Shown: piece by piece, positions 1-9,133 of the stretch
How the letters are laid out: each line of letters opens with the position of its first letter
Numbering within the stretch: the stretch's first letter is position 1
Origin: an uncultured Solirubrobacteraceae bacterium
GTDB lineage: Bacteria > Actinomycetota > Thermoleophilia > Solirubrobacterales > Solirubrobacteraceae
Length of the DNA stretch: 64,000 nucleotides
Direction of reading: 5' to 3'
Assembly: GCA_963763695.1 (NCBI GenBank)
Contig: CAVXPM010000001.1
Span: 116,963 to 180,962 of the forward strand
Made by a program: the position numbers and the translations under genes
Notes under the pieces: model-generated
Databases searched by the model: none
Told to the model about the DNA's origin: nothing
The model's input: only the letters and a program-made list of their open reading frames with translations

Positions 1-1219
1 ATCCCATTTTCTCGAGGTTGTGCTCTGAGCGGGTTGGGATGATCGCGTGGTGGTCTGAGACCTTCTCGTCGTTGACCACGCGCCCGAGCGGCAGGACGTC
101 CAAGCCGGTCACGTACGCGGCGCCCTTGGCGTACTCGGAGTGCTTGCCGACCAGCTCGGCGATCGGCTTGATCTCCTCGATCATGTCGGTCGTCAGGTAA
201 CGCGAGTTGGTGCGCGGATAGGTGAGCGCCTTGTGCTCCTCGTACAGCCGCTGCGCGGCCGACAGGGTCCGGCGGGCTGAGAACCCGTAGCGGTTGTTGG
301 CCTCACGCTGAAGGGTGGTGAGGTCGTAGAGCATCGGCGCTTTCTCGCGCTGCTCTTTCTTCTCGAGCTTGGTGATCGTGCCCGGACGGCCCTCGCAGGC
401 GCTGACGATGCGCTGCGCCTCCTGCTCGGTGCCGATCCGTGGACCTTTGGTCGTGCCGGGGCTTCCCGCGGGCGCCTGGAAGTGCCCGATGTAGACGCGC
501 TCGCCGGCGGCGGACTCGCCGTCGAGCGGCGCGGCCGCGAAGGTCGCGTCGACCAGCCAGTAGGGCTCGGGTTTGAACGCCTTGATCTCCTCCTCGCGGC
601 GGGCCACGATCGCGAGCGTCGGCGTCTGCACGCGGCCGAGCGAAACCGCGCCGTCGAAGGAGCTGCGCAGCCGGATGGTCGCTGCCCGGGTGGCGTTCAT
701 GCCGACTATCCAGTCGGCCTCCGAGCGCGAGCGGGCCGCTTCCTCCAGGCGAGCGAACTCCGCCGCGGGTCGCAGCGCGGCCAGCGCGCTCTTCATCGCG
801 GCGGTGGTCATCGAGTTCAGCCACAGCCTTTTGACGGGCTTCTTGCCTTTCGCCTTCTCGAACAGGTAGGCGAAGATCAGCTCGCCCTCGCGACCGGCGT
901 CGCAGGCGTTGACGACCTCCTCGACGTCGTCGCGGCCGAGCTGTTTGGTGACGACCGACATCTGCTTGCGCGAGCGCTCGTCGCGCACCTCGAGCTTGAA
1001 GCGGTCTGGCACGATCGGCAGGTCGGCCATGCGCCAGCTCTTGTATTTGGCGTCGTACGCTTCCGGTTCGGCCAGCTGTACGAGGTGCCCCACGGCCCAC
1101 GTGACGACGTGGTCCGGCCCCTCCAGGAAACCCTCCTGCTTCTTGAACGGCCCGGGCAGAACCCGCGCGAGGTCCTGCCCCACGGAGGGCTTCTCGGCGA
1201 CCAGGAGCGTCTTGGACAT
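1..1219 (-). CDS. topB: DNA topoisomerase III (type IA), N-terminal part; runs off the left edge
   Basis: Read manually on the minus strand from ATG at 1219: MSKTLLVAEKPSVGQDLA...VTWAVGHLVQLAEP (TOPRIM), later LINACDAGREGELIF and GMNATR motifs. Absent from the ORF track because there is no stop in the window. Confidence 0.92.
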   Translation of the reverse strand, partial: MSKTLLVAEKPSVGQDLARVLPGPFKKQEGFLEGPDHVVTWAVGHLVQLAEPEAYDAKYKSWRMADLPIVPDRFKLEVRDERSRKQMSVVTKQLGRDDVEEVVNACDAGREGELIFAYLFEKAKGKKPVKRLWLNSMTTAAMKSALAALRPAAEFARLEEAARSRSEADWIVGMNATRAATIRLRSSFDGAVSLGRVQTPTLAIVARREEEIKAFKPEPYWLVDATFAAAPLDGESAAGERVYIGHFQAPAGSPGTTKGPRIGTEQEAQRIVSACEGRPGTITKLEKKEQREKAPMLYDLTTLQREANNRYGFSARRTLSAAQRLYEEHKALTYPRTNSRYLTTDMIEEIKPIAELVGKHSEYAKGAAYVTGLDVLPLGRVVNDEKVSDHHAIIPTRSEHNLEKMG

Positions 1220-1242
1220 GGCGGTCAGCGTAGCGGCCCGGG

Positions 1243-2043
1243 CTAACCCCCGATGGGCGCTCGCGGGTTTGCCCCCCAGAAGATCTGGCTGCCGAGCATG
1301 CCGATCAGGTTCACGAGCACGATGTTGAGCACCATCGACTTGGCGGTGGCCGTGCCGACTCCGACCGGGCCGCCGCTGGCTTTGTAGCCGTAGTAGCACC
1401 CGACCAGCACCACTGCCGTCGCCATGAACATCCCCTTGGTGAGACTGAACAGCACATCGCCCGGGTTTTGGAACTGCCAGAAGACGAGCAGGTAGCCGCC
1501 CGAGGTCACATAGCCGACCTGGTCGACCACGGCTATGTAGGAAGCGAGGTATGCCACACCGATGGCCGTCATGTACATGAACGGCAGCACGAGCCAGGCG
1601 GCCAACAGGCGCGTTGCGCACAAGAAGGCGATCGAGTCGATTCCCATCACCTCGAGCGCGTCGATCTCGTCGTTGATCCGCATCGCGCCGATCTCGGCCA
1701 CGATGCCGGTGCCGACCTTCGCGGCCATCATGTAGCCGAACGCGTAGGGAACCGCCTCGCGCAGGTCGCACCAGGCAGCGAAGATGCCCGAGATCGCGCC
1801 CGTTCCCTGCGCCTCGGCGAAGTACGCGCCCTCGATCCCGCAGGTTCCGAGACCGGTGAAGAAGGCCAGGCCCCAGACGACGAGCGTGGAGGAGACGATC
1901 AGGATGCCCGCTTGGCGCAGCGACTCGCCGAAGAAGCGCAGCACGCGCAGGCCGTAGACCTCCCCCATCACTCGGCCCATGAACCCACCGATCTCTCCTG
2001 CCGATGAGAGCCATTCCCGCGGCAGAGACAGCATCTCCTCCAT
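1243..2043 (-). CDS. yrbE: MlaE/YrbE-family ABC transporter permease (YrbE-B type)
   Basis: AKVGTGIVAEIGAMRINDEIDALEVMGI motif, C-terminal ASGGPVGVGTATAKSM. Start re-assigned to ATG at 2043 (MEEMLSL), abutting the upstream permease stop. Confidence 0.9.
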   Translation of the reverse strand: MEEMLSLPREWLSSAGEIGGFMGRVMGEVYGLRVLRFFGESLRQAGILIVSSTLVVWGLAFFTGLGTCGIEGAYFAEAQGTGAISGIFAAWCDLREAVPYAFGYMMAAKVGTGIVAEIGAMRINDEIDALEVMGIDSIAFLCATRLLAAWLVLPFMYMTAIGVAYLASYIAVVDQVGYVTSGGYLLVFWQFQNPGDVLFSLTKGMFMATAVVLVGCYYGYKASGGPVGVGTATAKSMVLNIVLVNLIGMLGSQIFWGANPRAPIGG

Positions 2044-2933
2044 CACTTGATCACCACGAGCGAGGGGTGCGTGGCGAGCAGCGTCTGCATGAAGACGTAG
2101 TTGAAGGCGCTGATCGCCAGCAGCGAGGTCACGACGGCCTGGTTGACCGCCCGGCCCACGCCCTCCGCTCCGCCGGAGGCGGTCATGCCCTTGTAGCAGC
2201 AGACGATCGCGATGATCGCGCCGAAGATGGTCGTCTTCAGCATCGATCCCCACAGGTCGGTGACCGTGGCATTCGCGAACAGCGTCGTCCAGAAGGGCCC
2301 GAGCGGCTGGCCGCTGACCGTCTCGGCGAGCATGCCGCCGAATAGGCCGAACAGGATCGCGTAGATGTTGAACAGCCCCGTGACCACCATCAGCGCGAGA
2401 AAGCGGGGCACGACCAGATTCTTGACGGTGTCCACGCCGAGCACCTGCAGCGCGTCGAGCTCCTCGCGGACCTTGCGCGCGCCGAGATCGGCTGTTATCG
2501 CCGTGCCGGCCACACCGGCGAGCACGATCGAGGTGATCAACGGTCCGATTTCACGGACGGCGGCGAGCACGAAGAACCCGCCGAGACGGTCCAGGGCGCC
2601 GATCAGCGTCAGGATGTTCGCGGCCTGCAGGCCGGCGGCTCCATAGTTGATGGCCACCGTGGAGAGCAGCAGTGGAAGCCAGCACAAACGCAGTGCGAAG
2701 AGGAACTGCGAGACGAGCTCTCCTCCGTAGGGATAGGGCGGAAGAGCGGCCGCGCGAACTGTCCTGCCGGTGAGCAGGACCATGTCCCCGACTTCCTCGA
2801 GCAGGCTGCGGGTGGGCATCAACGCCTGCTCGGCGACCCTCTGTGCGCGCCCGCCACCAGCCTGTGGCGCCACCGCCCCGCGCCCCGCAGCCGGCCTCGG
2901 TCGTACCCCCCGCCGCTCCTCGCCTTCCGCCAT
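2043..2933 (-). CDS. yrbE: MlaE/YrbE-family ABC transporter permease (YrbE-A type)
   Basis: REIGPLITSIVLAGVAGTAITADLGARKVREELDALQVLG and GGAEGVGRAVNQAVV motifs. Alternative start at 2819. Confidence 0.9.
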   Translation of the reverse strand: MAEGEERRGVRPRPAAGRGAVAPQAGGGRAQRVAEQALMPTRSLLEEVGDMVLLTGRTVRAAALPPYPYGGELVSQFLFALRLCWLPLLLSTVAINYGAAGLQAANILTLIGALDRLGGFFVLAAVREIGPLITSIVLAGVAGTAITADLGARKVREELDALQVLGVDTVKNLVVPRFLALMVVTGLFNIYAILFGLFGGMLAETVSGQPLGPFWTTLFANATVTDLWGSMLKTTIFGAIIAIVCCYKGMTASGGAEGVGRAVNQAVVTSLLAISAFNYVFMQTLLATHPSLVVIK

Positions 2934-2939
2934 TCATAT

Positions 2940-2963
2940 AGTGTACTAGTTGACCAGCACACT
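2940..2963. promoter_or_regulatory. Putative YtrA-type GntR operator
   Basis: AGTGTA-N12-CACACT inverted repeat between the divergent yrbE and gntR genes, similar to the B. subtilis YtrA site AGTGTA-N13-TACACT. Confidence 0.6.
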
Positions 2964-2997
2964 GTGTGTCTGTGTTGGGAGCGCTACCTTGCTGGGA

Positions 2998-3774
2998 ATG
3001 CCCATCTCGTTTCCTGACAAGTCCTCTCCGACGGCGCCGCCAGCTTTCGAGGCGCTCGTGGTGGATCGTGATGCAGAGGTGCCGATCGGCATCCAGCTTG
3101 CGTGGGCGCTGCGCTCGCGCATCGGAGACGGTCAGCTGACGCCCGGCCAGAGACTCCCCGGCCTGCGCGATCTCGCCGAGGCCAGCGGCGTCAACGTAAA
3201 CACGGTCCGGGCTGTCTACCAACGCCTCGAGCAGGAGGGCCTGATCGAGAGTCAGCAGGGCAGCGGCACGTTCGTGACTGCCACGCCCCGCCGGCGATCC
3301 TCGGCCGGGACGATCGCCGCCGGCGCAGCCCGAGAGGCCTTCGAGACCGGGGTCGACCCGCGCGAGGTCGCAGCGGCGCTGTACGTGGCGGGCGAGCGTC
3401 GCGAGGACGGCGCAGACGCCGCGGCCGGGCAACGGCGGGCACTGCGCGCACAGATAGCTGCGCTCGAGCGCACGCTGGCGGAGATGGAGGCGGCCTACCC
3501 GGCGTTCGTGCCTGCGCCGGCCGCGGCCGGCGCAGGCATCGGCCCCGCGCTTCTGAGCGCTGCGGAGCTAGAGCACGTGCGCGCCGGGCTGGTCAGGCGC
3601 CTGGCGGCGATCCAGGCGGCGATCGACGCCCAGCTCGGGCGCCCGGCAGCGAGCCAGCCACCGGCGTCCGAGCAGTCGAGCGCGCCCGCCGCGGCGCCGC
3701 AGAGCAGGCGCGCAGCCAAGGCGAGGGTCCCGGCACAGCGAAGCACGGGCCGCCCGGCGCCTGCCGGCACCTGA
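2998..3774 (+). CDS. GntR-family transcriptional regulator (YtrA-like) with coiled-coil/low-complexity C-terminus
   Basis: wHTH: PGQRLPGLRDLAEASGVNVNTVRAVYQRLEQEGLIESQQGSGTFV. ATG at 2998 preferred over TTG at 2950. Confidence 0.9.
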   Translation: MPISFPDKSSPTAPPAFEALVVDRDAEVPIGIQLAWALRSRIGDGQLTPGQRLPGLRDLAEASGVNVNTVRAVYQRLEQEGLIESQQGSGTFVTATPRRRSSAGTIAAGAAREAFETGVDPREVAAALYVAGERREDGADAAAGQRRALRAQIAALERTLAEMEAAYPAFVPAPAAAGAGIGPALLSAAELEHVRAGLVRRLAAIQAAIDAQLGRPAASQPPASEQSSAPAAAPQSRRAAKARVPAQRSTGRPAPAGT

Positions 3775-3801
3775 GCCGGCCTGCCGGCAGCCCTCCAGCG
3801 C

Positions 3802-4971
3802 TCACCCGCCGGTACAAGCCCCGGTGCTGACCTGCTGGCCCCCGCGCGCGCGGGCCTCGGCTTCTGCCAGCACGGAGGCCACGGTGGGGTTGGCGACGCC
3901 GTAGCCGCCGCGTGGCCGCCCGCCGACCGTGGCGGCGAAGACCGTCGTCAGGACACGGCCGTCGAGGTCTACCAGCGCCCCGCCGGAGTTGCCGGGACGC
4001 ACCAGTCCGCGCAGCGGTGTCAGCACCCGTGAGACCGGCCCCTGTCCGTAGGCGTTCTGGGTGATCACGCTCTGTGTGCGCCCGATCCGGCCAGGCTGGA
4101 CGTCGAAGGGACCGTTCTCGGGATAGCCGAGGATCGCGCCCGACGTTCCCGAGGGCGGGTTGGACGCCAGCCCGAGCGGCGCAAGCTTCAAGCCGGGCAC
4201 GCGCAGCACGGCGACATCGTCGGTGGGATCGAAGGCGATCGGCTGTGCTTCCAGACTCGGCGGGCGTCCGCCGATCTCGACCGTCGTGTCCTGCTCGCCG
4301 GCGATCACGTGGGCGTTGGTGACGACCACGTCGGGCGCGGCGACCCAGCCCGAGCCCTCGATTGCCAGGCCGCAGGCGGTGCCGTCGACGCGCACCACGC
4401 TCGCCGATGCCCTCCTCACCCCCGCGCTCCGCGCAACCGCGGGCGCGGGCGCTGCGACATCCGGCGAGGGTCCGGTGATCGAGGGCAGCGGGTCAAGCCG
4501 CGCCAGGGCGTTCAGGACCGACCCCGATGGAGGCAGCACCTGGTTGAGCCGGCGCAGGATCGCCGAGCGCTGGATGTCGCCGCGCAGCTGTTCCTGCCCC
4601 GGCGTCTGGCCCGCGACGGCGGCGATGATCCATACGATCCCGAGCGCGAGGCCGGCCCCCAGCGCGGCGCCGAGCAGTCCGTCGAGCAGGCTCATGCCGG
4701 GGATCACGAGCGTGCGGCGCAATCTGAAGCCGAGGCCCTCCAGGCCGCTTGCGAGGATCGCTCCTCCGAGCAACGCGCCGACGAGTCCGAACGCAGGCGC
4801 ATACGGGGAAGATGAGCCCTGTGGGAGCAGCAGAGGACCCAGGCGCGTGCCGATGAAAGCACCGAGGGCGAAGCCGCCGAAAGAGAGCACCCCCACGATG
4901 AACCCCTGCCGAAATCCGAAAATCGCGAGGACGGCCGCGAAAGCGACGATGATCCAGTCCACCTGTGTCAC
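3802..4971 (-). CDS. marP: MarP-family membrane serine protease (CvpA-like TM region plus trypsin-like domain)
   Basis: Hydrophobic N-terminus VDWIIVAF...GFRQGFIVG; catalytic VVTNAHV, DVAVL and PGNSGG motifs. GTG start at 4971. Confidence 0.88.
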   Translation of the reverse strand: MTQVDWIIVAFAAVLAIFGFRQGFIVGVLSFGGFALGAFIGTRLGPLLLPQGSSSPYAPAFGLVGALLGGAILASGLEGLGFRLRRTLVIPGMSLLDGLLGAALGAGLALGIVWIIAAVAGQTPGQEQLRGDIQRSAILRRLNQVLPPSGSVLNALARLDPLPSITGPSPDVAAPAPAVARSAGVRRASASVVRVDGTACGLAIEGSGWVAAPDVVVTNAHVIAGEQDTTVEIGGRPPSLEAQPIAFDPTDDVAVLRVPGLKLAPLGLASNPPSGTSGAILGYPENGPFDVQPGRIGRTQSVITQNAYGQGPVSRVLTPLRGLVRPGNSGGALVDLDGRVLTTVFAATVGGRPRGGYGVANPTVASVLAEAEARARGGQQVSTGACTGG

Positions 4972-4992
4972 CTGCCATGTTGTACAAGCTCC

Positions 4993-6747
4993 TTGACTGA
5001 TCTCCGCAGCCGCCGGTTGCGGCGCGCACGCCCGGTCGTGGCGCTCGCCGCCGTGGCCTTCGCGGTAGGGGCGATCGTCGGCGCCCAGCACGGCGGCTCT
5101 GCGGCCTCTTCGCTGGCCGACCGGTTCGTGACCGCGTGGACGCACGGCGACTATCTGGCGATGTACGCGGACATCGATCCGGCCTCCCAGCGCGCCAGCT
5201 CGGCGAGCGATTTCGCGGGAGCATACGAGCAGGCGCTGCGCACGGCGACGGCTACTCGCATCACGATCGCGGGCAGGGCGCACACGTCTGGCACGACCGT
5301 GAGCGTCCCGGTGCGCGTCGCCACGCGCCTGTTCGGCACGCTTTCACTCGACTTCGAGGTGCCCGTCGCGGAGGTTGGAGAAGCGGGGCCGCGCGTGCGC
5401 TGGTCGCGATCGCTGACGTTCCCCGGGCTGCGCGCCGGCGAGCAGCTCACGAGCGCCACCAGCCTGCCCCGGCGCGCGAGCATCCTGGCGCGCGACGGCA
5501 GCGTTCTGGCCGAAAGCCCCGCGGGCGTGGCGCCGTCGGAAGGGATCCGCAGCTCCCCCCTCGGCGAAGCGGCGCGAGCTGTGATCGGCACGGTCGGCCC
5601 CGTCCCCTCCTCGCGCGCGAGCGCGCTGGAAGCCCAGGGCGTGCCGGCGAAGACGATCGTGGGTGTGAGCGGCCTCGAGCGGGCGCTCGACGACCGCCTG
5701 AGGGGGCGCCCGGGAGGCGAGCTGCTGGCCGGCAAGCGCCTGCTCGCCTACGCCCCGCTGCGTCCCGCCCCCGCCGTTCGCACCACCGTCTCCCCCTTCC
5801 TCCAGCGCGCGGCGGTGAGCGCCCTCGGCGGCCAGCTCGGCGGGATCGTCGCGATGCAGCCCAGCGGCCAGATCCTGGCGGTGGCCGGCATCGGCCTGGA
5901 CGGCCTCCAACCGCCCGGGTCGACGTTCAAGATGGTCACGCTGACGGGAGTCCTGCAGGACCACATCGCCGATCCCCACACCGTCTTCCCGTATGCCACC
6001 TACGCCACGCTCGACGGCGTCAAGCTGAGCAACGCCAACGGCGAGGAATGCGGCGGCACGCTTGAACTGGCCTTTGCGGTGTCGTGCAACTCGGTCTTCA
6101 CGCCCCTGGGGGTCAAGCTCGGCGCGGCGCGCCTGGTCGCGACCGCCGAAAGGTTCGGCTTCAACCACGAAACGGGCCTGGCCGGCACCGCCGAGAGCAC
6201 GCTTCCGGCCGCCGCTCAGATCCAGGGGGAACTGGACGTCGGGTCAACCGCGATCGGGCAGGGGCAGGTGCTCGCGACGCCCCTGCAGATGGCGCTGGTG
6301 GCTGCGACCGTGGCAGACGGGGGGCGCCGGCCGCAGCCGTCGTTCCTGGCCGCGTCCACCCCCGCCGGCGGCCCGCAGGCCATGAGCGCGGCGGTGGCGC
6401 GCACGGTTCGTCATCTGATGATCGGCGTCATACGCGAGGGAACGGGCACCTCCGCGGCGATCCCCGGCGTGACCGTGGCCGGCAAGACCGGAACGGCCGA
6501 ACTGAAGAGCGCGTGCAAGCCACCTGCCGAAACGAGCTCAGCGGAAGCGACCCACGAAGCGAGCAAGGAAGGCTGCCACTCCGGCGAAAGCGAAGCGAGC
6601 AACACCGATGCCTGGTTCGCCGCCTTCGCCCCGGCTCTGGACCCGCGCGTAGTCGTGTGTGTCCTGCTCGTCGAAGACGGAGCCGGCGGCACGACCGCCG
6701 CACCGGTGGCGCGGCAGGTGATCGAAGCGGGGCTGAAAGCCGGTTAG
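4993..6747 (+). CDS. Penicillin-binding protein (class B-like transpeptidase, NTF2/MecA-like N-domain)
   Basis: SxxK (PGSTFK), SxN (SCNSVF) and KTG (GKTGTAE) motifs; N-terminal membrane anchor. Confidence 0.9.
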   Translation: MTDLRSRRLRRARPVVALAAVAFAVGAIVGAQHGGSAASSLADRFVTAWTHGDYLAMYADIDPASQRASSASDFAGAYEQALRTATATRITIAGRAHTSGTTVSVPVRVATRLFGTLSLDFEVPVAEVGEAGPRVRWSRSLTFPGLRAGEQLTSATSLPRRASILARDGSVLAESPAGVAPSEGIRSSPLGEAARAVIGTVGPVPSSRASALEAQGVPAKTIVGVSGLERALDDRLRGRPGGELLAGKRLLAYAPLRPAPAVRTTVSPFLQRAAVSALGGQLGGIVAMQPSGQILAVAGIGLDGLQPPGSTFKMVTLTGVLQDHIADPHTVFPYATYATLDGVKLSNANGEECGGTLELAFAVSCNSVFTPLGVKLGAARLVATAERFGFNHETGLAGTAESTLPAAAQIQGELDVGSTAIGQGQVLATPLQMALVAATVADGGRRPQPSFLAASTPAGGPQAMSAAVARTVRHLMIGVIREGTGTSAAIPGVTVAGKTGTAELKSACKPPAETSSAEATHEASKEGCHSGESEASNTDAWFAAFAPALDPRVVVCVLLVEDGAGGTTAAPVARQVIEAGLKAG

Positions 6748-6749
6748 AG

Positions 6750-7337
6750 CTAGACGTCGAGCTCGGCGGAGGCGGTCTCAGCCGAGTTGGTCGGGTCGAC
6801 GATCTTCAGCTCGAGCGGCCGGTTGTCGAGCGAGACCGTCTGGATCTTGAAGAGCAGCAGCCCTCCCTGGGTCGCTCCGAGGCCCGCGGTCGTGTCGGGG
6901 ATCGGCAGCTGACCTTTGGCCGCCACCGGACCCGGCCGGTAGGCGTAGGGGTTGACCGTGCTCGGCACGATCGGGATGTAGGTGTTCCCCTGCGTGTCGT
7001 GGATCGACAGGTCGCCGGAGGAGTCGAGCGCCTGAGAGGTGTTGTTGTAGACCTGCACGAACACCGCGAACCACTCCTGACCGGGGGCCAGCTTGCGTTC
7101 GGATTCGCCGAGGCCCTGCAGATACGCCGCATCCTCGCTGTTGACGGGGTTCAGCTCGCGCGAGAGCTGCACCTCGTAGATCAATGGGCCGACGTCGAGG
7201 TAGGGGGCGTTCTGCCCCGACTCGCCTGCGTAGGTACCCGTGCTGACCTTGGTGTGCGAGTCGCCGCACGCGCTGAGCGCGAAGACGGCGGCGAGGGCTG
7301 CGAGGAGGATGGGGAGCTTGCGCAGGCGGCTGGACAT
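6750..7337 (-). CDS. Putative lipoprotein (DUF4352-like beta-sandwich)
   Basis: Signal peptide with lipobox FALSA-C; EWFAVFVQVYN and DTQGNTY resemble DUF4352-type lipoproteins. ATG at 7337. Confidence 0.65.
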   Translation of the reverse strand: MSSRLRKLPILLAALAAVFALSACGDSHTKVSTGTYAGESGQNAPYLDVGPLIYEVQLSRELNPVNSEDAAYLQGLGESERKLAPGQEWFAVFVQVYNNTSQALDSSGDLSIHDTQGNTYIPIVPSTVNPYAYRPGPVAAKGQLPIPDTTAGLGATQGGLLLFKIQTVSLDNRPLELKIVDPTNSAETASAELDV

Positions 7338-7350
7338 GCGACGCGGCAGT

Positions 7351-7866
7351 CTATCCGCCGGCGACCGTGACACGACGTCCGCGCTCCCGCGCGGAGGAGC
7401 CCGGCCGATCTGAGTGCTCGAAGATGTCGCGCAGCCTGTGTAGCGCGCGCCGGTTGTTGCGCGTGAGCCGGCGCTTTGCGCCAAGCCCCTCGAGCAGACG
7501 ATCCGAGAGGGTCACGGGGACCGTCTCGATCGTGAAGCGCACGCGCGTGGCGCCCGCTTCGGCGGGCGCCAGCTCATAGACACCGAGCGTACGAATGCGG
7601 TTGTTCTTGCCGGTGCGGCCGACCTCGACGATCCGGTAGGGGCGCTGCACCTCGGAGAAGGTCACGTCTCCCCAGCCGAAGCGGTTGCGCGGCGCCTTGA
7701 CGCGAAAGCGCGCACCGGCTCCGCGTCCCACCGAGTCGATCCTCGTCAGATGCCAGTCGACGAGGTAGTGGTCTGTGAACTCGGGATGGTTGGCGATGTC
7801 CTGGAGGTAGTCGAACACGCGCTCGCGGGGAGCGGCTACGACGATTGAGACGGTCACGGGATTCAC
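7351..7866 (-). CDS. SRPBCC (polyketide cyclase/START-like) family protein
   Basis: VTVSIVVAAPRERVFDYLQD...GVGAR-type motif. GTG start at 7866. Confidence 0.8.
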   Translation of the reverse strand: MNPVTVSIVVAAPRERVFDYLQDIANHPEFTDHYLVDWHLTRIDSVGRGAGARFRVKAPRNRFGWGDVTFSEVQRPYRIVEVGRTGKNNRIRTLGVYELAPAEAGATRVRFTIETVPVTLSDRLLEGLGAKRRLTRNNRRALHRLRDIFEHSDRPGSSARERGRRVTVAGG

Positions 7867-7913
7867 GGCGAGGGCAAGTCTATTGCCCGCCCGCCAGAGG
7901 GCCCCTCGGAGCC

Positions 7914-8180
7914 TCAGGCAGCGCGGGCGGTGAGGCGCACGGTGTGGCCGTGCTCGCAATGGCGGACCAGCTCACTGGCTACCGGGGGCTCCCGGCGATG
8001 CGGACGGCACAACTCGCAGACGAGGTGGTGCGAGCGCCCGTGGTAGACGTGCACCTGCTCGCCTGTCAGCGGTGTGCGCCCGCAGTCGGCGCAGCGCTCG
8101 CGGTCGGCCTCCAGCGCGCCCAGACCGCGGCGCAGGAGCACTCGCTCGAGCTGCTCGACATGGCTGACTAGCGAGGACAC
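7914..8180 (-). CDS. Small putative zinc-binding protein
   Basis: CADC...CELC pairs plus His residues; in-frame GTG at 8180. Confidence 0.6.
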   Translation of the reverse strand: MSSLVSHVEQLERVLLRRGLGALEADRERCADCGRTPLTGEQVHVYHGRSHHLVCELCRPHRREPPVASELVRHCEHGHTVRLTARAA

Positions 8181-8430
8181 GATCAGTCGGTTTTCGCCGT
8201 GGGGGCGCGTGCTCCTGCTTGATCGCGCGAGCTGCGCGCCAGCGCGTTTGCCCAGCGGCCGCTGAGGGTAGAACGCCTGTGCGCGGTGAAGATGGAGCAC
8301 TACTCGAATCACGTGATAGGTTCCACTTACCGGAATCAAGTCCATTTGACAGGCTTGTTATGATCGTTACGAGTCCCCGGGCGGAGGTAGCGCTCCCTTC
8401 GCAGCAGCCAGATAGAGGGAGGAAGCACTC

Positions 8431-9049
8431 ATGAGCTCACTCACGTCAAGCCACTTCGTCGGCGCGGGTTCGTTCCGCTGCCGGGATTGCGGCTACACCC
8501 TCGCGCTCTCCTCCTCAGACGAGCTGACGGCCTGCCCGAGCTGCGGCGGCAGCGACTTCGTGCGGGCGTCGCTGTTCAGCACCGAGCGCATCTCGGCCCG
8601 GCTCGGCGGCGAGCGCCCCGACGCCACGCTGGTGGAGCCGGTCGCGTCCGATCGGGACGAGCAGCTCGAAGCGCGCGCGAGGCCAGATCGGCCAGCCCGG
8701 CGAGTATCTCTCCTACGAGGATGGAGCCGAGCTGCGCACCGTCGCGCTGAGTCGCGAGTGGACGCGCATCGGGCGCAGCCTGGCCGCCGACGTGCGCTTC
8801 GACGACCCGACCGTCTCGCGTCGCCACGCGCTGATCGTGCGTCAGCCCGACGGCGTGCGCCTGCTGGACGACCGCAGTCTCAACGGCGTATTCGTCAACG
8901 GCGCGCGGGTGGACGGCAAGGCGCTCGAGGACGGCGATGAGATCATCGTCGGGCGCTACCGGCTCTACTACCTGAGCCTGGCGCCCGGGTCGGTGCCCGA
9001 GCGACCGTCGCCGAGCGCCGAGCAGAGCCCTGCGCGCAGCGCCGGCTGA
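8431..9049 (+). pseudogene. Zinc-ribbon + FHA domain protein split by a +1 frameshift (or sequencing error)
   Basis: Frame 1 gives CRDC...CPSC ribbon up to EQLEA. The +1 frame from about 8672 gives GQIGQPGEYLSYE...TRIGRSLAADVRFDDPTVSRRHA...SLNGVFVNG (FHA GR/SxxH/NG motifs). The shift lies in a GCGCGCGCG run at 8671-8679. Confidence 0.8.
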
Positions 9050-9133
9050 GCGCCGCGCCCGTCTGAGCTGAGCATCCACGGGCGTCGCGGGCGCCACTCG
9101 CCTCCGCGGCGGTCGGGTGCGTAAGATCGCGCC

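Noticed and set aside
8332-8347. CRP/GlxR-like site near 8332 (CGTGA-N6-CCACT pattern)
   Set aside because: Only about 7 of 10 consensus positions match, too weak without conservation data; position is approximate.
8346-8364. TTGACA and TATGAT hexamers upstream of the FHA gene
   Set aside because: Spacing is only 7 nt, incompatible with one sigma-70 promoter.
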